Translations under genes and position numbers: made by a program
Part shown: positions 45,049-53,235 of the stretch, in pieces
Layout of the letters: every line of letters starts with the position of its first letter
How positions within the stretch are numbered: the first letter of the stretch is position 1
Notes under the pieces: generated by a model
Told to the model about the DNA's origin: nothing
Database searches by the model: none
Seen by the model: the letters and a program-made list of their open reading frames with translations, nothing else
From: Pseudomonadota bacterium
Lineage (GTDB): Bacteria > Pseudomonadota > Gammaproteobacteria > Burkholderiales > DATLHW01
Assembly (NCBI GenBank): GCA_040388195.1
Contig: JAZKCF010000008.1
Span: 1,831-65,830 of the forward strand
Reading direction: 5' to 3'
Length of the DNA stretch: 64,000 bases

Positions 45049-46469
45049 GGGACTTCCCAGTCCCTGGTGATCGAAAAGGTGTGTCGAATGCACTGACGAC
45101 GCTTTGGCCCCTTATCGGGCGGCCTGTCGCACTGCATCGTGGGCTGGTCGAACTGTGCGGCGGCGTCAAAACAGCCTTGATGTTGTCGCAAGCGATCTAC
45201 TGGACGCGCAAGGGAGTCGCCATTGCTGAAATGGATGGGTGGTTTCACAAGCGAATGGAAGACTGGCAATTAGAAATTGGCTTACGACGCCGCACACAAG
45301 AGCGCGCACGCAAGCACCTGCTTGCACTGGGCGTACTGGAGCAACGACTGCACGGACTACCAGCGCAGCTTGAGTTTCGAGTGAATCTTGAACAACTCGC
45401 AAACCTGCTTACAAAAGGTTCGGAAGCCGCTCAACCAATGCGCGAAATGATGTCGCTTTTCGGTGCGCCGCTTGCTTTTCATACCAGTCTTGCAAAGCTC
45501 ACCGATTCAGTTGCTGCCGGATTATTGCTTTCGAACCTACTTCATTTCACCCGACGACGCGTAATGGATGGCGTCGGCAATTTTGTTGAAATGCCATGGA
45601 TTGCGCTGGCGGCAACACGATGGATGGCTACCACCGGTTTATCACGACGAGAATTTGATGGTGCTAGAAACACCCTGCAGGCATTGGCGCTGATCACCGA
45701 ACGCCTACGCGGAATACCGCCAATTCTGGAAATGCGGGTGGAAATTATGGCGCTAGGGCGGCAATTAAGTCAGCAAATCCCCCAAAAAATGGGAAAACCC
45801 GTCAATTTGTACGTTTTGGACAACCAAGATTGCGAACAGCCCGCAATCACAGTTACCAACGACGCACATTCTAGTTTGTCCAAAATGTACAAATCAGATT
45901 GGCCGGAACACACAAAACAGGTTGGCCCAATCGCACAAAATGGTTTGGCCGAAAGCGCCAAAACATTATTAGATCTGACTACAGCTTTTAATACCTCTCT
46001 CTTACAACCACCTATTCAGGTAGAAACATCTACGCCCGCGACTACGCCGTGTGGTGGTGCGAACGATTCTTCTCTCATTTACCCCCACGTCCTCACATCG
46101 ATTGAGAAACAAGCTGTCAGTAACTTGCTAAGGAATGTTCAGCAAAAACACGCGCAGCTAATTCTCGACGAACTGGAGGGCAGATTACATCACGTTGGCG
46201 CGACAGGAATTCCCAATCGAGTGGGGTACGTGCGGCGATTACGCGACCTACATCTCGTTGGCGGCTTTGTACCGGAAACCGCATTGTCAGTTCAAGCGAC
46301 ACGTCTGCGGAAAACGGAAGAACGCGCCCGCCGCGTTATCGAAGCAGAAGACCGCGAAAAAGCAGCGGCTATCGCAGCAACGCCCGAAGCGAAGAAACGA
46401 CGCGAACAGGCTTTGGCCCAGACAAAAGCATTACTTGGCATTTCAGGAGCGGGGAGGAGCACCGCATGA
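45045..46469 (+). CDS. island replication-like protein, two copies of the same module (STY4528-like?)
   Basis: 474 aa containing two further copies of the module plus a basic C-terminal tail. Confidence 0.45.
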   Translation: MRDFPVPGDRKGVSNALTTLWPLIGRPVALHRGLVELCGGVKTALMLSQAIYWTRKGVAIAEMDGWFHKRMEDWQLEIGLRRRTQERARKHLLALGVLEQRLHGLPAQLEFRVNLEQLANLLTKGSEAAQPMREMMSLFGAPLAFHTSLAKLTDSVAAGLLLSNLLHFTRRRVMDGVGNFVEMPWIALAATRWMATTGLSRREFDGARNTLQALALITERLRGIPPILEMRVEIMALGRQLSQQIPQKMGKPVNLYVLDNQDCEQPAITVTNDAHSSLSKMYKSDWPEHTKQVGPIAQNGLAESAKTLLDLTTAFNTSLLQPPIQVETSTPATTPCGGANDSSLIYPHVLTSIEKQAVSNLLRNVQQKHAQLILDELEGRLHHVGATGIPNRVGYVRRLRDLHLVGGFVPETALSVQATRLRKTEERARRVIEAEDREKAAAIAATPEAKKRREQALAQTKALLGISGAGRSTA

Positions 46470-46488
46470 AAGCTAGCTACATGAAATG

Positions 46489-46553
46489 TGTTTACGCCGT
46501 AAACAAGAATTCGAGCAACCAATTCAAAGCAAATGTTGTTTACGCCGTAAACA
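46489..46553. promoter_or_regulatory. two copies of the 17-bp palindrome TGTTTACGCCGTAAACA (parS-like)
   Basis: Exact copies at 46489-46505 and 46537-46553, each preceded by AAATG. Confidence 0.6.
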
Positions 46554-46596
46554 GCCAACCAGTAATGATTCACCCATTCACCCACGCTGATGTTGC

Positions 46597-47733
46597 TTGC
46601 AGAGAGCCTGCCGCAACGACAATCGGAGACTTAATGTGAACCCGCACAAAATCGCAACGACCGCGCCCACAGAGCCGATGGAATTGATCGCTCAGCCAAT
46701 AGAAATTGCATCAACTTTGACGAGGTCTAACCAGCGCTCGCCGTTTTTTTCAGATGGCTATGACATCAACACCGAACGCGAAGCTCTCAAGGATTTATCT
46801 GAAAACCCAGATCCCGCTGATCCACGCTGGCCTCGATTCGTGGAACTACAAGAACGAGAGGAAGAACTGACGCAAATGCAGCGGCGACTTGAAGCACGCG
46901 CCGCCGCTGAACCAGTTGTTCCAGACCCTGAGGCACGTGGCATCCGCGAAGTGGGCCGCTTAGTCTCCGAAGAACAAGACCGGATGACATTGCACACGAA
47001 GGAAGCTTACCGGCTATTCATCGGCAAGGTGAATACCGGCGGCAAGAGCTTCGCTATCGCTGGAGGCAAACGCGTGGCTTCTGCCTTGCGATCGATTTAC
47101 TACCTGTCAAGCAATGACAACCCGTATGCCGACTGGGTCCTGGTGTCCTTCCAGCAAGGGCTGGACGAACTGCGCCAACTCATCGCACAAGAAACTGCCG
47201 CAAAGATGAAGCTGTTGAACGAACTGCGCCAACGCGGTTTGAGCTATTCCGTATTGCGCGCCGATCCGCCGAAGGATGTCGAGATTGGATTCAAGAGTCC
47301 ATACGGTTACGGCGTCGCCGAAATGCTGGTCGCGTTCGATTACTACGTGCGGCTCGCGAAAACTCTCGTTCGCAAAGATTTGTTGTCTGATCAAGATGGA
47401 TACGACGCGGTTCGGAAGGTCGCCCGTGTTGCACGGGCACTATTTTGGCAACCGGTTTCTTTCGAGCGGTATTTGATGCGGAAAGAACTGCAGCCACTGT
47501 CACGCGCCGATTGGCTGCCTGGCGCAAATGAATTAGCGGCGCAACGAGTACGGGCAGTTGTCGCGATATTCGGAGAGGTCCCAAGAGCAGTGTTTTCTGG
47601 CGCAGAAGCGCCACGACACAGTCGCCGGCGAGTGAATCTATCCGCAGAGGAACTGCGGCTATTAGAGACCATCGCATTAAATCCTGTATCGGTCGATACG
47701 GCGGACGATACCGCGATCAATCAACTGGTATGA
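46597..47733 (+). CDS. ICE protein, PFL_4669/TIGR03761-like
   Basis: 378 aa in the conserved position after the replication-like genes. The start is uncertain (TTG 46597, GTG 46636 with GGAGA upstream, ATG 46678). Confidence 0.5.
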   Translation: MQRACRNDNRRLNVNPHKIATTAPTEPMELIAQPIEIASTLTRSNQRSPFFSDGYDINTEREALKDLSENPDPADPRWPRFVELQEREEELTQMQRRLEARAAAEPVVPDPEARGIREVGRLVSEEQDRMTLHTKEAYRLFIGKVNTGGKSFAIAGGKRVASALRSIYYLSSNDNPYADWVLVSFQQGLDELRQLIAQETAAKMKLLNELRQRGLSYSVLRADPPKDVEIGFKSPYGYGVAEMLVAFDYYVRLAKTLVRKDLLSDQDGYDAVRKVARVARALFWQPVSFERYLMRKELQPLSRADWLPGANELAAQRVRAVVAIFGEVPRAVFSGAEAPRHSRRRVNLSAEELRLLETIALNPVSVDTADDTAINQLV

Positions 47734-47746
47734 AGTGGATTGTGTA

Positions 47747-48235
47747 ATGAACTCGATTGAGAGCGTAACGCTTTGTCAACAACGTGTTGACACAAAGGGT
47801 TTCAAGGGTAAGGGGGGCGTGGAAACCTGGGTCAGAAATGTGGTGAGCCGATTGAATGCTGTTCGTGAGGATATGGCGGCGTTGGCATCCGCGAGCAACC
47901 AGGTGGCGCCGCGTTACTTCCACCTGCAACTACATGCGCGAAGCGCTACCGGTAGTCTCTCGCTACGCTGGCGATTTACCACAGGAAAACATGCGCTATG
48001 GAAAGACTTGGCGCCGCACTTAACCGGCGTGCCCCAACGAATCGCTGATTGGTATCGCGCCGCGAATGAGGAAGCGGAACTGCTGAATGCGATGGAGCAA
48101 GCTTTACGCGCGGAACTCAGGATGGCGGAGCGACTGGCTATCCGAATGGGAGTTGGGCAGCAATGGCAACGGGAAACCGGATTGCGGTCATCGATAGTTT
48201 CGGTAGGCCAGCAAGAACCGAACCGAAAGCGTTGA
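47747..48235 (+). CDS. DUF3158-like ICE protein
   Basis: About 162 aa immediately upstream of ssb, as in related islands. Confidence 0.45.
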   Translation: MNSIESVTLCQQRVDTKGFKGKGGVETWVRNVVSRLNAVREDMAALASASNQVAPRYFHLQLHARSATGSLSLRWRFTTGKHALWKDLAPHLTGVPQRIADWYRAANEEAELLNAMEQALRAELRMAERLAIRMGVGQQWQRETGLRSSIVSVGQQEPNRKR

Positions 48236-48322
48236 CGAACATTTTGAAATTTAAGTGCGGACAATTATTTGAAGACGTTTCACGGGCAACGGGGTAATTC
48301 AACTTACTGATTGGAGAACACC

Positions 48323-48727
48323 ATGAGCAATGAATTTCGTGGCAATGGCAATCTTGCCGAGAATCCCGCTATCAAAACCGTCACCGTGGATGGCGAGGAG
48401 CGAAAGTTGGCCGAGATGCGTATCTTCTTCGACCGGCTTCGGCAGGATGGTGATGGCGGCCTCGCCGACAAGGGCGGCTTTTGGCTTGATGTGACGGCAT
48501 GGGGCAATGATCTCGCCGAGCGTTGCGGCAAGCTACTTCGCAAAGGTGCGCGGCTCCATGTGGTGGGTGAACTGCAACAACAGAAATGGACAAGTAAAGA
48601 ATCGGGTGAGGAAAAAAACGCGATGCAGCTTAATGCGAGCGAGGTGTACCTCGGCCTCTCACGCGTTGAGTCGGTGACTTACAAAGAACGTAAAACCGCA
48701 GCGGAGCGGGACTCCGAAGCGGCCTAA
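48323..48727 (+). CDS. ssb: single-stranded DNA-binding protein (short, no acidic tail)
   Basis: OB-fold pattern NEFRGNGNLAENP...FWLDVTAWGNDLAERC...GARLHVVGELQQQKW. GGAGAA RBS before the ATG at 48323. Confidence 0.85.
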   Translation: MSNEFRGNGNLAENPAIKTVTVDGEERKLAEMRIFFDRLRQDGDGGLADKGGFWLDVTAWGNDLAERCGKLLRKGARLHVVGELQQQKWTSKESGEEKNAMQLNASEVYLGLSRVESVTYKERKTAAERDSEAA

Positions 48728-48747
48728 GACGTTGAGAGGGATCGCCT

Positions 48748-49002
48748 ATGACAACGCAAAGGACGACACCTTCCATCGCGCATGCCGAATTACGAATGCT
48801 GCAAGGTATCGCCGCAACTATCGTGATGGATGCGGCTAACAACATTGGTGTTTCGCGATGCCGATTTGGTCGCTTCGAACTAACCGCGCAGCGCTTCGGA
48901 AATACTGAGGTACAGGACAAGGTGACGATGGAACTCATGGTCACCTATGCCGGCGAGATTATCGAATATGACAGAGGACACATTCCTCGCCGTTCAATTT
49001 AA
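48748..49002 (+). CDS. hypothetical protein
   Basis: 84-aa ORF, same strand and close spacing after ssb. Confidence 0.4.
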   Translation: MTTQRTTPSIAHAELRMLQGIAATIVMDAANNIGVSRCRFGRFELTAQRFGNTEVQDKVTMELMVTYAGEIIEYDRGHIPRRSI

Positions 49003-49028
49003 ACACATTTGAAAGGAGACGGATTGCT

Positions 49029-49385
49029 ATGAACAGTTTATTTGGCACGCCACAAGCTTTCGTTATATCGCTCTTCATTTTTATTGCCACTGTCTCGATT
49101 GGTTATCGCGTTTCCGCATTATTAAAAGACGGCGACGTGATTGTAAATAAAACACCTATCGGCAATGTCGAAAAGGTCGAATTTTTAAAACCGTTGACTT
49201 TCTTTGGTTCTGATACGCAAACCGTTATTACAACTGAAAAAGGATCGTTCTTAATCCAAGGCGCTGCGTCTCCCAAAAACGATATGCCACTTGAAAAGCA
49301 GATTATGAAAAGCGGCAATACCCGGATTTGCGATTCTTCTATCTGCTGGTGGATGGTTGAGGATGGTGTACCGCAATCAAAATGA
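49029..49385 (+). CDS. hypothetical membrane-anchored protein
   Basis: 118 aa with one N-terminal TM segment (FVISLFIFIATVSIGY). AGGAGA RBS upstream. Confidence 0.45.
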   Translation: MNSLFGTPQAFVISLFIFIATVSIGYRVSALLKDGDVIVNKTPIGNVEKVEFLKPLTFFGSDTQTVITTEKGSFLIQGAASPKNDMPLEKQIMKSGNTRICDSSICWWMVEDGVPQSK

Positions 49386-49540
49386 TCATTGGACGAGATG
49401 TCGGTGTCGACGTTACCGAGATTGCGCGAGAGTTAATGGCAACTCTGTAAACAATACGCGTGTGAAACAATCAGTCGCCGATCACGTTTAATAATTGCCA
49501 CTTGCGGACCGCGATATCGTGCTGGCGCTATGCCTGCTTC

Positions 49541-49572
49541 AGACTCTTATGTATAGCTATATATAAGAGTCT
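49541..49572. repeat. 32-bp near-perfect palindrome
   Basis: AGACTCTTATGTATAG|CTATATATAAGAGTCT, with 15 of 16 arm positions complementary. Confidence 0.8.
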
Positions 49573-49592
49573 ACGGCGGTCATGGCTGTGAT

Positions 49593-49656
49593 ACATAACG
49601 TAGAGTTGAGGAGACTGCGCGGCTTTTTGCGCAACTCCCTCGAACGCCCGTTTAGC
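49593..49656 (-). repeat. attC-like site A (64 bp)
   Basis: Minus strand reads GCTAAAC-GGGC-GTTCGAGGGAGTTGCGC...GCGCAGTCTCCTCAAC-TCTAC-GTTATGT. The TAA stop of the upstream ORF lies inside the first box. Confidence 0.55.
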
Positions 49657-50086
49657 TGGCACGAACTGGGAAGGACTCGGTAACAAGGCTAAGTTCTGCA
49701 AGGGTTTTCTGCAACTGCGTTTGATCTAAGGTTAATTCGAACACGAGACGATTGCCGGTGCCTGGTATGTCTATTGCCGTGCCCTTAAGAAGTATTTCCC
49801 CACGGCCATTTCCATGAAGCAGCAGCGACAATTGCTCCTCCATTGTGGAAAACTTTGCTATACCGTTCAACGAGCGATACAGCTCGATAAGCTGGTTATG
49901 AAAACTTACTAATTCCTCTGTAAGGAACGCGGCGTCATACTTGCCCGAGAACGCGCCAGAGACAACCAACACACGGACACGAAGCCAGTTGTCGTCGAAA
50001 TATTCTCCGACGGGGTTACGCTTATAACCAACCACTTGCACTTCAATGCGCTCGCGACTGTTGCTGCCGATGGAAAATGATGACAT
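49652..50086 (-). CDS. cassette ORF 6, hypothetical (144 aa)
   Basis: ATG at 50086 (MSSFSIGS...), 8 nt after the GTTAGCC box. The track start at 50137 reads through the attC-like site. Confidence 0.55.
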   Translation of the reverse strand: MSSFSIGSNSRERIEVQVVGYKRNPVGEYFDDNWLRVRVLVVSGAFSGKYDAAFLTEELVSFHNQLIELYRSLNGIAKFSTMEEQLSLLLHGNGRGEILLKGTAIDIPGTGNRLVFELTLDQTQLQKTLAELSLVTESFPVRAS

Positions 50087-50094
50087 GGATTGAC

Positions 50095-50184
50095 GGCTAA
50101 CGGCCCAATTGAAGGACGCCCGCCCCGATGCTTGCATTAAGAAGTAACATTATTCGCTCACCGCTTTCGAATATAGTGTTAGAG
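50095..50184 (-). repeat. attC-like site B (family 2, 90 bp)
   Basis: Minus strand reads CTCTAAC-ACTAT-ATTCGAAAG...CCTTCAATT-GGGCC-GTTAGCC. It shares the blocks CGCCCCGATGCTT and AACATTATTCGC with sites C and E. Confidence 0.6.
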
Positions 50185-50571
50185 CGCATTTTCATACACA
50201 GCCGGCTCATTGCGGCAAATTACTGAAACGCAGTCATTTCCACCGGCAACCAAACACTCCTTGGCTTCGGGATTCATTGCAGAGATAAGACTTCCTTCTC
50301 GGTTGGCTTCTTGTGATAACCAACCTCCCCCTGTGACCTCAAACAACCCACCATTAGGTGTTGAGCATTCCGGCCAATATTCTAGGAGGTCACGTTCATC
50401 GAGAACGCGAAAACCGATTGTGTCGATAAATTCAACGACCAATGCCGTGGCATTCTCAGCGCCTTGCACACGAATAGATAGCCTTCCAAGCCCGTATTCG
50501 AGCCCATTCACTTCTGAGCCACGAGGGAAGGAAACCTTTGAGTTCAGTGGCCGAGCCGAAACTTTAGCCAT
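50179..50571 (-). CDS. cassette ORF 5, hypothetical (130 aa)
   Basis: In-frame ATG at 50571 (MAKVSARPL...) just after the GTTACGG box. The track start at 50619 is a GTG inside the attC-like site. Confidence 0.5.
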   Translation of the reverse strand: MAKVSARPLNSKVSFPRGSEVNGLEYGLGRLSIRVQGAENATALVVEFIDTIGFRVLDERDLLEYWPECSTPNGGLFEVTGGGWLSQEANREGSLISAMNPEAKECLVAGGNDCVSVICRNEPAVYENAL

Positions 50572-50579
50572 GGCATGCG

Positions 50580-50671
50580 CCGTAACGGATAAATTGAAAG
50601 GTTCGTCCGCCTCGAACACCTTTCAAAAAAAGTGGGTTCATCGGCCGGTGCCTTTCGAACGCCCGGTCAGC
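50580..50671 (-). repeat. attC-like site C (family 2 relative, degenerate first box)
   Basis: Minus strand reads GCTGACC-GGGCG-TTCGAAAGG...CCTTTCAATTTATCC-GTTACGG. Its 5' arm is shared with site A and its 3' arm with sites B and E. Confidence 0.45.
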
Positions 50672-50681
50672 AGTATTTGGG

Positions 50682-51101
50682 CTACTTCTTACCATGGGGA
50701 AAATTGAGTTGCTCAAACATTAGACGATTATATTCGGAGACATACTCTTGAAGTGCATTCAGACGTTGGGAAGCTTCTTCCCCGAGAAGTGTTTCACAAG
50801 AAGGGCCGAATTTCTTAACGCCCTGCTTCCAAGGCGGCTCAATCTTTGAAACGTCACCTGCGGGAACAGAATATCCGAGGATCATATCATTGCACTGAAC
50901 TACCGAAAGATAACGTTTATCCCCAGACTTTAGCGCATCTGCGACCGCTTCCTTTGGTGGTACCTGGAGTAGTATTTTTTCGTCCAGGGTAGGTTGCTGC
51001 GACCATCCAGACGTAGCAAAAAGCACGGCAAGAATCGTAACTTTGGAACGAATCATAAGATTGCTAACGCATCGACGTAAGCGATTAGCCAGCGCGTTCA
51101 C
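50682..51101 (-). CDS. cassette 4, second ORF: hypothetical N-terminally anchored/secreted protein
   Basis: 139 aa with a hydrophobic N-terminus (VTILAVLFATSGW). It overlaps the upstream ORF by 4 nt. Confidence 0.5.
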   Translation of the reverse strand: MNALANRLRRCVSNLMIRSKVTILAVLFATSGWSQQPTLDEKILLQVPPKEAVADALKSGDKRYLSVVQCNDMILGYSVPAGDVSKIEPPWKQGVKKFGPSCETLLGEEASQRLNALQEYVSEYNRLMFEQLNFPHGKK

Positions 51102-51580
51102 TCGCGAACTCCTTTGCGAAACTGCTCGTAGGTGTACCAGGCCGCATCAGGAGCTGCGTGGATCTCAATGGGAAACCGGGGCTGACCAGCGAGTGCCTTG
51201 TTGAGAGCAGTAAAGAAGTCGTCTTCCGACCGCGCATAGAAGGTCCATTCGCGCAGGTTCTCGCCTGTTGACACCAGAACAAGCACGCTGGCTCCTGACT
51301 TTTCGACGAGTGGTGCAAGTAGATCTTCCATGCGATCCATTGCTTCGCGCTCCTTGGGCGCTGGCATGCCCGAATCGGACTTGTACTTCCACACGATAAT
51401 AACGCGATCAGGGAAGGTCGACCGCTGAAACCCCTGAAGGAACGACTTGGCGTACCGAAAGACTATTGTGCGTTCAGTTCCCTGTTGCTTGGAGACAGCG
51501 GTTGCCCACTCTGTGATTTCCGCTGACGAGACGGGAAGAGAAAGCAAGGCGACAAGAACGAAGGCAAGAATACGCTTCAT
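51098..51580 (-). CDS. cassette 4, first ORF: DUF695-like protein with signal peptide
   Basis: 160 aa with the signal peptide MKRILAFVLVALLSLPVSSA and the pattern IVWKYKSDSGMP...REAMDRMEDLL recalled from DUF695. Confidence 0.55.
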   Translation of the reverse strand: MKRILAFVLVALLSLPVSSAEITEWATAVSKQQGTERTIVFRYAKSFLQGFQRSTFPDRVIIVWKYKSDSGMPAPKEREAMDRMEDLLAPLVEKSGASVLVLVSTGENLREWTFYARSEDDFFTALNKALAGQPRFPIEIHAAPDAAWYTYEQFRKGVRE

Positions 51581-51593
51581 ATAACGGCTAGCC

Positions 51594-51673
51594 GATTAAC
51601 GTAACAGGCGCACGACGGAAAATCGAGCAGAGAAAGAACGATTATCGGCGCGTCCTGGTTCACGAGGTTAGGC
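51594..51673 (-). repeat. attC-like site D (family 1, 80 bp)
   Basis: Minus strand reads GCCTAAC...GTGAACCAGGACGCGCC...CGTCGTGCGCCTGTTAC-GTTAATC. The arms are near-identical to site F. Confidence 0.65.
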
Positions 51674-52090
51674 TTTAGCATAGAACTTGACGATCTCTTG
51701 CTCCCGCTCGTTGGCCGAGATGTGTAGTACGAGAGTTTGCGTCAACTCGACATTTGGATGGAATGCGTTATTCTTGCAGAACCAGAACACTTCAGCCATC
51801 GTCTCGTCTTCGTGCCATGTCGTCATGACGAACTTGTTCTCCGGAATCTCTTTGAAATTGAACTCCTCGATATTGGCCATGTCCACCGAGTCATCCCATG
51901 AACTGCAGTTCGTTCCCCATGCCATAGTGTAAAGACATCCGGACTGCACGAGCCAGACGCTAACCGACGCTTGCCAGTCCGGGGACACCTCGGCCTCCGC
52001 TACGATGACTGCGCGAAATGGAGCGAGGGTAGAGATGTCTGGCAATACAGCTCCCATTGGCGCCAGATGCAGATAGGTGGGTGGTGACAT
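51668..52090 (-). CDS. cassette ORF 3, hypothetical (140 aa)
   Basis: ATG at 52090 (MSPPTYLHL...), 3 nt after the GTTAGGC box. The TAA stop lies inside the GCCTAAC box of site D. The track start (TTG 52207) reads through site E. Confidence 0.55.
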   Translation of the reverse strand: MSPPTYLHLAPMGAVLPDISTLAPFRAVIVAEAEVSPDWQASVSVWLVQSGCLYTMAWGTNCSSWDDSVDMANIEEFNFKEIPENKFVMTTWHEDETMAEVFWFCKNNAFHPNVELTQTLVLHISANEREQEIVKFYAKA

Positions 52091-52093
52091 GAA

Positions 52094-52181
52094 GCCTAAC
52101 GAAATTGAGAGGGGCGCGCCCCGATGCTTCCTTGAAAAACCAACATTATTCGCGCGTCCTTTCTCGAATGGGGTGTTAGAT
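52094..52181 (-). repeat. attC-like site E (family 2, 88 bp)
   Basis: Minus strand reads ATCTAAC-ACCCC-ATTCGAGAAAGG...CCCTCTCAAT-TTC-GTTAGGC. Both boxes match RYYYAAC and GTTRRRY exactly. Confidence 0.7.
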
Positions 52182-52238
52182 TGGAGAGCAACCATACGAT
52201 GTTGCAATCACATTTTTTCGTTACTTCATCTGTATTTG

Positions 52239-53204
52239 TCAAGTGTTGTTGGATGAGGTGTCTTCGCACTCATAAGGGCCAAACATTTCAATACCAGACG
52301 CGGCAGTTACTGGTAGGCTTACTTGTAGCTCATCTACATCCACCAATCGTCTGCGCAGCGAAAAGCTATCACGAACTTCGTGCATTTCATAAAACCGAAC
52401 TTCCTTTTCGCGCCCCTCTATAGCCTTGATCACTGAATGTATGATTGATGGCGGACAGCGAAGACCGAAAACAACCTCAGTTAGAAGTAACGGAGAGTCT
52501 TGTAGACCTTGCTTGCCGATCAAGCGCCATTCGGACTCATATTTCCAGCCACTCGCCTTTCGAAGCAATACATCTCGGTCCAAATCCACCATAGCCTTTT
52601 CGGCGTTATGCAGGAACGCATCACAAAGTATTGAAGTTCTAATTGCGCGACTACCTCCATAGATAACTTTTTGCAACTGAGGGACAGGATTACGCTTTGT
52701 GCTGTATCCGATACAAATTCCTTGGTGCTGATCACCATAGTGGCTCCAAAGAAGAGGATTTGAATACGATGTGGAGAAACAGCAAACACCTCTTTCATAC
52801 CAACGGCGCAACTCACACTCAATAGCTTGCATTAGTAACCAGGACTCGTTTTCTTCCAATGCTCCCTCGTAGTCTGGATTCGTCGCGTTGTAGGCTATGT
52901 TGGCCAGCTCATTTTCTGTCTCACGTCGGGCTCTCTTCGTTGCGTGCTCACTGGCAGTATTTCCTCTTATACGAGCATGGCTCAAATGGGAAAGCACTTC
53001 GGATGAAACTCTCTTGCTAAAGAAAAAAGCAAGAAGCTTTCTGAGATCATCATTATTGGAGTCACAACTGAGTGTTGGGCTACAGTCTAGGGGATCATTA
53101 AACGCGCCGGGATGAGAAAAGAAAAGAGTGTCATAGCATAGTGAATCCAGCGTTGTCGTACTAAACGCGCGATAACGGTAGAAAGTCTTGGGTTGGTTTG
53201 TCAT
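52239..53204 (-). CDS. cassette ORF 2, DUF2971-like protein
   Basis: 321 aa. The N-terminal FYRYRAFS...TLDSLCYDTLFFSHPGAFNDPLDC is typical of DUF2971. Confidence 0.6.
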   Translation of the reverse strand: MTNQPKTFYRYRAFSTTTLDSLCYDTLFFSHPGAFNDPLDCSPTLSCDSNNDDLRKLLAFFFSKRVSSEVLSHLSHARIRGNTASEHATKRARRETENELANIAYNATNPDYEGALEENESWLLMQAIECELRRWYERGVCCFSTSYSNPLLWSHYGDQHQGICIGYSTKRNPVPQLQKVIYGGSRAIRTSILCDAFLHNAEKAMVDLDRDVLLRKASGWKYESEWRLIGKQGLQDSPLLLTEVVFGLRCPPSIIHSVIKAIEGREKEVRFYEMHEVRDSFSLRRRLVDVDELQVSLPVTAASGIEMFGPYECEDTSSNNT

Positions 53205-53235
53205 GAAACTTGGTTTTGTAATCGTTGAGTCTAAC

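Noticed and set aside
46758-47929. Multiple 66-128-aa antisense or alternative-frame ORFs in the TIGR03761-like and DUF3158-like region.
   Set aside because: They are Arg/Ser/Ala-rich shadow frames of higher-GC coding sequence.
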